Assembly: GCF_001194135.2 (NCBI RefSeq)
Contig: NC_068984.1
Location: 104,069,991-104,133,990, forward strand
Reading direction: 5' to 3'
From: Octopus bimaculoides
Lineage: Eukaryota
Length of the DNA: 64,000 nt
Shown here one piece after another: positions 1 to 10,749 of this stretch. The translations under genes were made by a program, and so were the position numbers. How positions within the stretch are numbered: position 1 is the stretch's first letter; each line of letters opens with the position of its first letter. Below the pieces are notes generated by a model, which saw nothing but the letters and a program-made list of their open reading frames with translations, was not told where the DNA came from and searched no databases.

Positions 1-101
1 ATATATATATATATATATATATATACTGTTGTGTCTGGGGAAAGTCATTTTCTTATTGTGCCTTAAAATTTAACCCACTCACCGTTAAAATTTCCACTTA
101 T

Positions 102-659
102 TTCTTATTTTTATTTTCCTAAAATTTTCGTTGCGTCTTGCAGCCTTTTCAATAGTCTTGACTCTGTCCATTATTTACGCTGCGTTCTGTTTTTGCACAT
201 ACACACTGAGACACGCACATGAGCAAAAACAGAACACAGCGTAAATAACGGACAGAGTCAAGACTACTGAAAAGGTTGCAAGACGCAACGAAAATTTTAG
301 GAGAATAAAAATAAGAACATCTCTTCAGTTATCCAGCTACTGGAAATTCCTTTGAAAAATGACAGTTAAACCCAAAGGGAAAATTAAAAACAAAGGGAAA
401 TTACTGTGTAGTGACAGAACGCGTCTAAAACTGCGTATATCATGCACGCACATATCTCAATGTGCGCACGTATATGTCTACATGAGATATGTGCGTGCTT
501 GTATGACATACGCAGTTTTAGACGCGTTCTGTCACTACACAGTAATTTCCCTTTCTTTATTTTCCCTCTGTTTATTTTCCTTTGTTTTTAATTTTCCCTT
601 TTGGCTTAACGGTCATTTTTCAAAGGAATTTCTGGTAGCTGGATAATTGAAGAGATGTT
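102..659. repeat. Two adjacent long imperfect palindromes (probable non-autonomous foldback/MITE-like elements)
   Basis: Arms 102-196 and 223-317 are near-perfect reverse complements. Arms 318-459 and 483-659 likewise, with an insertion in the right arm. Read directly from the sequence. Confidence 0.85.
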
Positions 660-879
660 GGAGTGGACCCCCTACCCTGGCATCCGAAACTCGGAGTTTT
701 ATCATGGCTACTGATTAAGTGTCACATATTTTTACAGATAAATTCCTCTATTTGCATAATATCGTGGTCTCTTTCTTTCTTTTGTTGCCATTCCTGTCAA
801 ATATATATATACACACACACACATGCAGGAAGTAAAGAGACACCTTTAATTTTCAAAATCTTTTATTTAATACGCAAAG

Positions 880-1270
880 CGAACAATTGAAATGTAATCA
901 ATAGGTAGGGCTACATACTTTAGTATTTAGTTGACATTCCCTTTGCAGTTTTTATTTCAGAAACTCGTTTTGGCATTGAACTGATGAGCATTGTGATTGA
1001 CACTTGTGGAATTTCTGCCCATTTTTCACGCAACAATTGAAACAATTCATCTTTAGATTTAGGTTTCTGTCAAGTTTTTCATCTAGCTCTATCTAGTATG
1101 CTCCAAAGATTTTCAATTGGGTTCATGTCAGGAGATTGGCTCAGCCAAGGAAACTTTTTGATCCCATTTCCAGTCAGCTGTTTTTGATTCCTTTTCGCTG
1201 TGTTGCATGGAGCCCCATCTTCCATGAATAAAAACTCAGTTTTCATTATGCTATCATGTGAATACGTCAG
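880..1270 (-). mobile_element. Tc1-type (DD34E-like) transposase C-terminal remnant
   Basis: Minus ORF reads FMEDGAPCNTAK...WLSQSPDMNPIENLWSILDR, the Tc1 QDGAP / SPDLNPIE signature. Cut off on its 5' side by (TA)n and a gap. Confidence 0.85.
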
Positions 1271-1283
1271 AAGTATTCCTTGC

Positions 1284-1326
<43 letters not shown>

Positions 1327-1744
1327 TCCACAATGNNNNNNNNNNNNNNNNNNNNNNNNNNNNNNNNNNNNNNNNNNNNNNNNNNNNNNNNNNNNNNNNN
1401 NNNNNNNNNNNNNNNNNNNNNNNNNNNNNNNNNNNNNNNNNNNNNNNNNNNNNNNNNNNNNNNNNNNNNNNNNNNNNNNNNNNNNNNNNNNNNNNNNNNN
1501 NNNNNNNNNNNNNNNNNNNNNNNNNNNNNNNNNNNNNNNNNNNNNNNNNNNNNNNNNNNNNNNNNNNNNNNNNNNNNNNNNNNNNNNNNNNNNNNNNNNN
1601 NNNNNNNNNNNNNNNNNNNNNNNNNNNNNNNNNNNNNNNNNNNNNNNNNNNNNNNNNNNNNNNNNNNNNNNNNNNNNNNNNNNNNNNNNNNNNNNNNNNN
1701 NNNNNNNNNNNNNNNNNNNNNNNNNNATATATATATATATTTAG

Positions 1745-2410
1745 ATATGTGTAACTGAAATATTAGTGTGAAGCAAAGTTTAGGTTAGTTAAAATATGTT
1801 TGTGACATATTTCATCTGCTAAAGGGCAAATTCACTGCAGTTACTGTACTGTAGAGAAAATTCTCTTATGGTAAAAAGGTGTAAAACCACCATACCTGCT
1901 CAGTTTTGCCATCTGTCAGGATTCCTAGACATCTATGTTTCTAGCTCCTTAGCTTTTATCAATGGGAAATACATAAGAGAAGCAACTCTGACCAGATCTT
2001 ATAAAGCTATAGCTTTATCTAAAATACAGTCAACAACATTGACAGTAGACTGCCAGGTTTTGGAAATTACCAAAATATTAGCCCCAAGCAGTGTGCAATA
2101 TGGTTGTGACATATTTCAACTACTCAAAGGCAAATTTACAGCAGTTACCATGGAGAAAATTTTCTCTTATGGTAAAAAGGCGCCTTTTAGTGGATTTCAT
2201 GCACAGAAACTGAAAGAAGGCTGTCGTGTATATGTGTATATTAGTGTGTCTGTGTTTGTACCCTCATCATTGCTTTACAACCAATGTTTGCTGTGTTTAC
2301 ATCTCCGTAATTTAGTTGTTTAGTAAAACACACCAATAGAATAAGTACTAGGCTTACAAAGAATAAACTATGCCATTTTAATCCTGAGCAACGCCAGGTA
2401 TCTCTGCTAG
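1745..2410 (+). mobile_element. Non-autonomous Helitron-type element, 3' end
   Basis: Ends cctgagcaacgccaggtatctctgCTAG|T (subterminal hairpin plus CTAG) at 2410; internal ~90-bp direct repeats near 1790-1880 and 2095-2180; 5' end lost in a gap. Confidence 0.7.
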
Positions 2411-2656
2411 TATATTATACATATTTTCCATTTCTTAACTCTTGTAGTCTTATTCGCATACCCGGCAACCCTGGTTGCCTACCATTGAAATAAAAAAACT
2501 CTTTTCAATTTATCATACTTTGATAAGAAAAAAATTCACAACCTTCCATCTCAATAAACCACTATTGTCCCTGAAAGTTGTTTTTTATATTTACTATGGA
2601 TTGCTTGAAGCTTTCTTCCTGCACCTCAATCCTTTGATCTTGTATTTATATATATA

Positions 2657-3760
2657 CTAGCAGAAATACCCGGCTTTGCCCAGGTTAAAGAGAATAATGA
2701 AATCTAAAAACGCCGTCTAGACTACGCAACCCTCAACTGTTAGTAGCTACGATACCATATTTCTACATTAATAACTCTCCAATCCATGCCAGCATGGAAC
2801 ATAGACATTAAGTGGAATGCCAGTCTCTCATCTAGGAGGGCCTTGAAATCAATGTTATCAACTAGGGACTATGTGTGTCGTAGTGATAATAAAAAGACCC
2901 AAAGGAGGTCTGCAACGAAATAATTTTACTCAACACTTTGCAAGTGAATCAGTGGAGGCAAAGATGCGTCTCANNNNNNNNNNNNNNNNNNNNNNNNNNN
3001 NNNNNNNNNNNNNNNNNNNNNNNNNNNNNNNNNNNNNNNNNNNNNNNNNNNNNNNNNNNNNNNNNNNNNNNNNNNNNNNNNNNNNNNNNNNNNNNNNNNN
3101 NNNNNNNNNNNNNNNNNNNNNNNNNNNNNNNNNNNNNNNNNNNNNNNNNNNNNNNNNNNNNNNNNNNNNNNNNNNNNNNNNNNNNNNNNNNNNNNNNNNN
3201 NNNNNNNNNNNNNNNNNNNNNNNNNNNNNNNNNNNNNNNNNNNNNNNNNNNNNNNNNNNNNNNNNNNNNNNNNNNNNNNNNNNNNNNNNNNNNNNNNNNN
3301 NNNNNNNNNNNNNNNNNNNNNNNNNNNNNNNNNNNNNNNNNNNNNNNNNNNNNNNNNNNNNNNNNNNNNNNNNNNNNNNNNNNNNNNNNNNNTATACATC
3401 TATATGTATACATATACATCTCTCTCTCTCTCTTTCTCTCTCTCTCTGAAAGTATCTGTCATTACAGTATCGAAATGTGATTGTTTCAGTTAGAATAGTT
3501 TCATTTTTAAAGTGAAAGTATTTGACATGAGTGTTTTTGTTTCACTTTTGACACGTAATACTTAAATAGTGGAGGAGATATTATGTTGCTGTGGGCTCGA
3601 ACTCTGCAAGAAGTTAAAATTTTTTTTGACTAAAACACAACTGGAACCCTAAGTAAGGCATGTGTAAAATTTGAATGAAATTGGTTGCGTAGTTCTCGAG
3701 TTTTAGGGATTCACACAGACAGACAGACACACATTCTCATTTTTATATATATATATATAT
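2657..3760 (-). mobile_element. Non-autonomous Helitron/DINE-1-like element spanning a gap
   Basis: Minus-strand 3' end cctgggcaaagccgggtatttctgCTAG|T at 2657. The other end reads tatataaaaatgagaatgtgtgtctgtctgtctg...ccaatttcattcaaatttt, typical of DINE-1/Helentron-like families. Confidence 0.7.
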
Positions 3761-4099
3761 ACATGTAGTGAGTTCAAACAAGAAAAACGACCAAAAAACA
3801 ACAACGTGAGGACGTGATACAGATATTGTGTTACTGGACACTCAGGAAAGGAAAGAATATATATATATGAATGTGTGCTTATGTTTCTAGAGATCATGTG
3901 ATGGTTGTAAATGAGCATCAGGTGATGTTGCTTGTTTCTAATTTTCCTTGGAAAGTATATCTCGCTTTTGGTGAAATAATACTTTGCTTGAAAATAGCAA
4001 CAAGAAGGGGATCCAGCTGTAGAAAAACTGCCTCAGCAACAGATTCTGCTTGCCCTATGATGATGACGATGATGCTAATACATATATCTTTTTCCTTTA

Positions 4100-4310
4100 T
4101 TACCACCGCCTTAGCGAAGGTAAAGGTATTGTTTTCAGTTGTGTTTGTTTGTTCGTGGAATCTGAAGAACCGCTGGATGGATTCGGATGAAACTTTCAGG
4201 GATGTTTGGCCTTGTGACTGGCATGAACTGATTAGATTTTGGGATCGATCTGGTCCCGGATAAGGATTCTGGATTGTTTGTTATATTTACATTACATGAA
4301 GTATTACAAT
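4100..4310 (+). mobile_element. DINE-1/Helentron-like non-autonomous element fragment
   Basis: attaccaccgccttagcgaagg...ttgttttcagttgtgtttgtttgt...ggatggattcggatgaaacttt, a layout recalled for this widespread family. Confidence 0.5.
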
Positions 4311-4629
4311 CTTACGTTGACTTTCAAGTCTTTCTCTGATTTTCTCCCTTGAAAGCATGCTTATGGTCTCCACGTAAGTTATGCCGGCACTCCTGTTTCC
4401 ACAGTTTTATTTTCATTTTTCTATTATTGATTTTACTCACGTCTCTATCTTAGTGGAAGTTAATGAATAAAGAAAACAAACAGCAGCAAAATCGTTCAGA
4501 AATTACATAACACTGACATATTCAGTAACAAAAATAAATTTAATTTATCCTTGACAATTTTTAGTTTCACCAATTTTGAATATATCACACTTGTTTAAAA
4601 CCTCTTGCCTACTTGACAATTGCATTTCT

Positions 4630-4830
4630 AGTTCTGCCTTGAAGGAAGCTTTACTTCTTGGACTCATGTTTTTGTATGCAACAATGTTGTTAAACATCTG
4701 TTAACAGCACCATATGCAGCTCCTTTCCATTTTCTTCCAAGCACGGATACATTTTTCTCTATAGACCTTAATGGTCGTAAAGACACTATATCAATGAATA
4801 GACTAAAAAAGGCCTTCATAGGAAAAACTG
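4630..4830 (+). mobile_element. Gypsy LTR-retrotransposon integrase C-terminal (GPY/F) remnant
   Basis: In-frame translation WTHVFVCNNVVKHLLTAPYAAPFHFLPSTDTFFSIDLNGRKDTISMNRLKKAF matches the Gypsy pattern THVFVR.D....L.PPY.GP..V......F...NG..DTVS.DRLKPA. Confidence 0.75.
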
Positions 4831-5209
4831 TCTCTGTTCCCACTGCAGATGACACACACACAGCATTACAAACATGGCCTGCACACCCACCTTCATATTC
4901 TATGACTATCATTTGGCTAGATCAGGTACCAGACAAAGATTCTGGATTATTTTTCCCACATTTTTACTTAATTTTTGAGTGTGGTAATGTTTATTTTTAG
5001 TAACCTCATTTGTGAGAGCAGTCAAGTTTATTTCAGATATCCTCATTTCAAAAATCATCTCTGACTAATTGTTGAGAGAACGTTGGTGTTGCCTTGGCAA
5101 AGGTTTGCACTCTCTAAGTGCTCTTGTTTTCTTTGTGTTCTGGCCAAAGGTGGTCATGCTGGGCCACCACCACTTTCATCACCTTTCCAATGGCAATTCT
5201 TATGTGGTT

Positions 5210-5960
5210 GGTTTTTAATGAATAAGGGAGTTTGATGTTGCTGCCCTTGTTTGAGTTTCTTGCCATAATATAAATTCACCTGGGATCCTGGGCTGTAGAT
5301 GATCGAGGTGCTTCTTGAAAACATCTACTTGCATTCCATGTAGATCCTTCAGAATTTTCAATGAAATAAACAGGTATGATCCCTTGAAACCCAAGCTGTT
5401 GCAGTATCTGGTCCTTACTCTAGATGGGGTGGTTGGGACCTTTGGCACTGTGCAATGATGTCCTGTTCAGGAATTGATATGATTCTCGATGCCAAAGTTT
5501 TGTTTCAGTCTTTCCAAGATCTTCCATATGTATATCAATGCATCTTCACACAGAAGAGTAGTCATAATTCTTTCAGCCTCTCCTAGTAGTTCAACTGTCT
5601 CATGGAAACAATTTTCTTGGTGTAGTACCATTGAATTGCTTCAGATTCCACTGTTAATTTGATACTGTGGGATGATCATAGTTGAACATTGTAGTCGAGA
5701 TGGCTGGCATCAAATGTCCTTCATAGGACTAGAATAGTTTTCTGGTTACTTGTTCTAAAAATTCTGAGTCCTGGCCTTTTGCCCACACATTGCTACCATC
5801 TTGATGACATGTACATAAACAAAGCATCATTGTTCATATCAATCCCCATATCTCATACTAACTCTGAGATTGCCATTCCTTCTGGACCAAAATATCTTTG
5901 TCGCAGTGTGTTGATTCTCTGTAGCAGGTGCTGACTACTTTTTTCTATCTAAAGGGATAT
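5210..5960 (-). mobile_element. CR1/L2-like LINE ORF2 3' fragment
   Basis: Degenerate YIWKILE...PKVPTTPSRVRTRYCNSLGFKG...DVFKKHLD; same family as 42505-42790. Confidence 0.75.
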
Positions 5961-6123
5961 TTTACCCAATTTTCTAAAGCTGTTTCCACAGCTATTCCCC
6001 TGCATTTGAGATTTTCTTCATTTCTAAAAATAGATATATAAAATATGTGTGTATGTATGTATGAATATATGTGTGTATGTATGTATGAATATATGTATGT
6101 ATGTATGTATGTGTATAATGAAT

Positions 6124-6438
6124 GTGCATGGCTAAATAGTTAAGGTATTCATCTCACAAAGTAAGGTCATGAACTCAATACTTGGTGGAGCATTGTGTTC
6201 TTGAGAAAGACACTTTATCTCATGCTGCTCCAGTCCATAGTTGGCGAAAACCAGTTGTACTTGTAATTCAAAGGGCCAACCTTCTCACATTATATCACAT
6301 TGAATCTCCCTGAGAACTACTTTAAGGGTATGCAAGTCTGTGGAATGCTCAGCCAGTTGCATGTTAATTTCCTGAGTGGTGCAGTTCTATTGATAGGATC
6401 AACTAGAACCCTTGTCGTAACTGATGGAGTACCAGTTT
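6124..6438 (+). mobile_element. tRNA-derived SINE (family C), paralogue of 29467-29790
   Basis: Box A/B-like head, then gtgttcttgagaaagacacttt core and a shared body and tail. Confidence 0.7.
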
Positions 6439-6777
6439 TATATGCGTATGTGTGTGTGAGAGAGAGAGAGAGATACAGAATTCAATTGTCTGTAGTGGGT
6501 GCTGGCCACTTTCCTTTGTCTAAAAAGGTATATTTTCTAATTTTCTCATGCTGTTTTTACAGCTATTCTCCTGCATTCGAAATTTTCTTCATTTTGAAAA
6601 GTTTTGCAGGTATATATGTTTCTACCTGCTTTTTGAAGCCTGCATTACACCATAATATATGGTTGTTGTTTTTTATTTTGTTTTTCAAATTTTTATTTCC
6701 TTTTCAGTGCATGCTCTCTTAATTACTCTTAATACACCTATTTTTTCTGAAAATCTTTACTCTCTGTATCTAATGTG

Positions 6778-6883
6778 GCTTGTGGATAAAACATATCTTG
6801 ACCTACTTGGTGCTTGTGGATAAAACATATCTTGACCTACTTGGTGCTTGTGGATAAAACATCTTGACCTATTTGGTGCTTGT
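6778..6883. repeat. 34-bp tandem repeat, about 3.1 copies
   Basis: gcttgtggataaaacatatcttgacctacttggt repeated; two copies identical, the third lacks 2 nt and has 1 substitution. Confidence 0.95.
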
Positions 6884-7379
6884 CTGACTACTAAGTCTAG
6901 TATTGTGCTTTTCCATTTAAAACTTTAAGGGTTACTTTAGGTTTAAATGATAACAGATTGTATTGCCATATCATATTTTACAACTCCTCCTGCTACCTTC
7001 TGCTCTAAACCCCCACCCCCATCTAAATTATACTTAGAATAAGACTATCAAACACCAAATTCATCAGTTCACTTCCAAAATCCAGTGGTAACACCTTGAA
7101 TAAAACTGCATGTTTATGTATGCCTTGGATTAACTAATGATACATTTGAACCCACAGGGTGCAACTGGTTGCCACATCTTAGGATATTTATGCAGTAGAA
7201 ACACATGTTGGGTAGAGATTTAAAGTAAATGCATTGTATGTAATACTGTAATAAATAAGCTTTCGAGGATGTCTGATTCTCCATTCTTATTTTTAATGTT
7301 TTGAATATACGAATTGTGTGTGTGTGTGTGTGTGTTTATATATGTATATGTAAGTGTGTATAGATATATTTGTATATGT

Positions 7380-8315
7380 ATCACCATCATTGTCATTTAA
7401 CATCTATTTTCCATGCTTGCATGAGCTGGACAGTTTGACTGAAAACTGGTAAGCTGGGGAGCTGCACCAGGTTCCAATCTGATTAGGCATAGTTTCTACA
7501 GCTGGATGCCCCTCATCATGCCAACCACTCCAAGAGTATAGTGGGTGCTTTTTATGTGCCACCGGCATGGGTACCAGTTATGAAATACTGGCATCAGCCA
7601 CAACTATGATCTCACTTGGCTTGACAAGTATTGTCAAGTACAGTATATTGCCAAAGGTCTCGGTCATTTGTCACTGCCTCTGAGCCCAAAGTTTGAAGGG
7701 TGCTTTTTATGTACCACCATCATGGGTGCCAGTTATGCAACACTGGCATTGGCCACAACTACAATTTCACTTGACTTGACAGATCTTATCAAGCACAGCA
7801 TATCACCCAACATTCAAAGGGTGCTTATTACGTGCCACCAGCATGAGTACCAGTTACGCGACTCTGGCATCAGCTATGACTTCAATTTCACTTGGTTTGA
7901 TGGGTCTTCTCAAGCATGACATATCACCAAAGATCTTGGTCACTTGTTATTACGTCTGTGAGGCACAACATTTGAAGATCATGATTCACCACCTTGTCCC
8001 ATGTCTCCCTGGGTCTACCTCTTCCACAGGTTCCCTCTACAGTTAAAGATCAGCACTTCTTCACACAGCTGTCCTCATCCATATGTCATCCTATGACCAT
8101 ACCTGCGCAGTCATCTCTCTTGTGCATTACGTCTGATGCCTCTTATGCCCAACTTTTCTCCCAAGACACTTGCACTCTGTTGTACATGCACATTGACATT
8201 GCACATCCATCAAAACATACTAGCTTCATTTATTTCAAGCCTTCACATGTCTTCAGTGGTCACAGCCCATGTTTAACTGCTGTGCAGCATGCAGTGTGTG
8301 TATGGTACCCGTGAC
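7380..8315 (-). mobile_element. RTE-clade LINE, 5'-truncated 3' end
   Basis: Reverse complement matches the RT C-terminus and 3'UTR of the RTE copy at 53095-54896, including the (ATG)n tail and the ggcatccagctgtagaaac motif. Confidence 0.85.
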
Positions 8316-8449
8316 ATTGAAGTATCTCTACTTTCTACATGTATTACATATTCATTATGGGTGATGTTTTATTTATGAAGATATATTCTCATATTTGTCT
8401 AAATGAAAGGCCCTTTGGATGTTTGGATAAAATATGAATATCAATTCGA

Positions 8450-8780
8450 GCCAACATGCCCCCCATCTTAGTCTTTGGCATGCTGATAGAGCACAAACAA
8501 CTATTTCCCATCATTGTACTCTCGTCAGTGTTTGTTTAACCTCTCTACTAAGGTCCTAGAAGTGCCTCCAATGTATGCTGTGTTCCTGTCCTTACAAACC
8601 CCTTCTATGCACTTTATACTATAGGCTGCATTCTTTGTCCTACAGTTAATACTGGGGTTAAAGGTACATATCACACAGTTCCTACCAGTGCTTGTGCTAT
8701 TGTTAAAGAGGTACGTCCTACATAATTGTAATCTGATGAACCTCCCTGGTTTCTCAACATTCTAAATGTTGAGTTTGTTG
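8450..8780 (-). mobile_element. Penelope-like element GIY-YIG endonuclease remnant
   Basis: Minus strand reads CRTKNAAYSIKCIEGVCKDRNTAYIGGTSRTLVERLNKH, matching the PLE pattern Y.I.C..C...YIGETSR.L.ER..EH. Confidence 0.7.
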
Positions 8781-9304
8781 TCACTCAGAGCCTTCCTTAA
8801 CCTACAGGCTAACTCTCAATGAAGTGTGACTTCTACAAACATCACTCCTTGATATTCATCAGCCTTGTACCATGTGTTTGCTTTGTCACAAATCCTCTGT
8901 GTACTGTTCAAGTGTTTACCTCAGTATCTATGGTGGATTCCACTGGCATTATTACTTATGGTATTATCAAATTTTTTTCTGCCCCCACCATGTATACTTG
9001 AATCCTGTCTCTCTGGTTACAACCCACAAACACACAAACAGGCAGTCACATAGGTATACACACACATGCATGCACACACATGCATTAACCTTTCGGTTAT
9101 CCTCACCCTTACATCCTCTCCTAAACCACACACACCTACAAGCAACTATGTCTCAGACTTGCATGTGTATGTATTTATGTATATGTATATAAGTATATAT
9201 AATACTTCTGTAAAAGCAAATCAATCAACAGACATTTGAAATGCCTTTTCTTTTCTCCACATCCTTCTCTGTTATTTCTCTCTCACTCTTTCTGTTTCTA
9301 CATA

Positions 9305-10593
9305 TTGGGTTATCCCATAAATAATGCGGTTTTTTATACTTCTTTTATTTTTCAAAATTAAGATAAATGAAATTCTTTTTTTAATCTAAAATATATTCTC
9401 CTTTATTTTCTACAATGCTCTTCCATCTATCTGGTAGACTTGCAAGGCCCCTCTTCCAAAATTCACTTGTCTGTGATGAAAAATACTCCTCCAGTACTGT
9501 TCTGACCTTGTCTGCAGAATTCATATTTTTTCCTTCCAAATGATTTTGAAGACTGCAGAATAAATGATAATCGGATGGGGCAATGTCTAGTGAATATAGT
9601 GGATGGAACATCATTTCCCTTTCAAACTGCTCCAGCCTTTGGAATGTCATCCTCGCTGTATGTGGCCCGCCATTATCCTGATGGAAGAACACCTTTCGTC
9701 TTGAAACCAATGATGGTCGTTTTTCTTCTAGCACTGACTTAAGTTACTCAAGCTGCTCGCAGTATATCTCCTTTGTTATCGTTTGGTTTGGGTTTAAAAG
9801 TTAAGTGGACTAAACCTTTCATATCCCACCAAACAGTTAACAACGCTTTACATAGGTGAAGACCTTCTTTAGCCTGGGGTGCCAGTGTTTCTCCTTTCCC
9901 TACCCACTGTCTTTGGCGCTTGGCATTTTTGTAGAGAACCCATTTCTCGCCACCAGTCACTATTCGGTCCAAAAAAAAATGTTCATTTGTGAGATGTGAC
10001 AGCAAAGAAGAGCAAACATCCATTCTCTGCACACAATTTGACACAGGCAGTTTGTGAGGAACCCATTGACCCAATTTGCTGACTTTTTCGATGGCACACA
10101 CATGTCAGTGAATAGTTGAATGACCAAATCCAAGCTTCACTGCTAGTTCCTCAACAGTTATGATGAAATATTGTTCCACTAGGGTATGCAGGACGTTCTT
10201 GTCAAGCTCTACAGTTCTTTCAGGATGAGGTTCGTCTTCTAGGCTGTAGTTTCTGGCTTGGAACTTTTGGAACCACTATTGACACTGGCTTATATTTATT
10301 GTCTGATCCCCATATACTGCATTAATATTCCTTGCACTTTCTGTTGCATTGTTGCCTTTATTGAACTCATAAAGCAAAATATGCTGAATATGCTCTTTTG
10401 TCACTTTCATTGTAGCTTTGAAAAAATAACTGTTAAAATCGAACTGCACTCTTCAAAACTTGCACTAAGAATAAAGACAACGTAAAATTACCACCTGCTT
10501 TTATAGCAAGTTGATGCAGATAGTTTCTCTCATCCCTCTCCAACTTTTAGTTCATGCAATTGAAAAATCCGCATTATTTATGAGATGACCCAA
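9305..10593 (-). mobile_element. Full-length but dead mariner (DD34D) transposon
   Basis: 1289 bp; ~30-bp TIRs (ttgggttatcccataaataatgcgg / ccgcattatttatgagatgacccaa); TA on both sides; transposase pieces WVPHKL, RIVTGGEKW (first catalytic D lost), HQDNGGPH, YSLDIAPSDYHLF; frameshifted. Confidence 0.93.
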
Positions 10594-10705
10594 TATATAT
10601 ATGTGTGTATATATAGGTATATGTATGAGTGTATATGCATATGATATATACATATCCTTCCAACTCTACTAGGCTTGTTCTGTACTTTGAGTATCTTTCT
10701 CTCTC

Positions 10706-10749
<44 letters not shown>

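Noticed and set aside
6778-6883. 34-bp repeats as a CRISPR array
   Set aside because: Directly tandem with no spacers; eukaryotic context.
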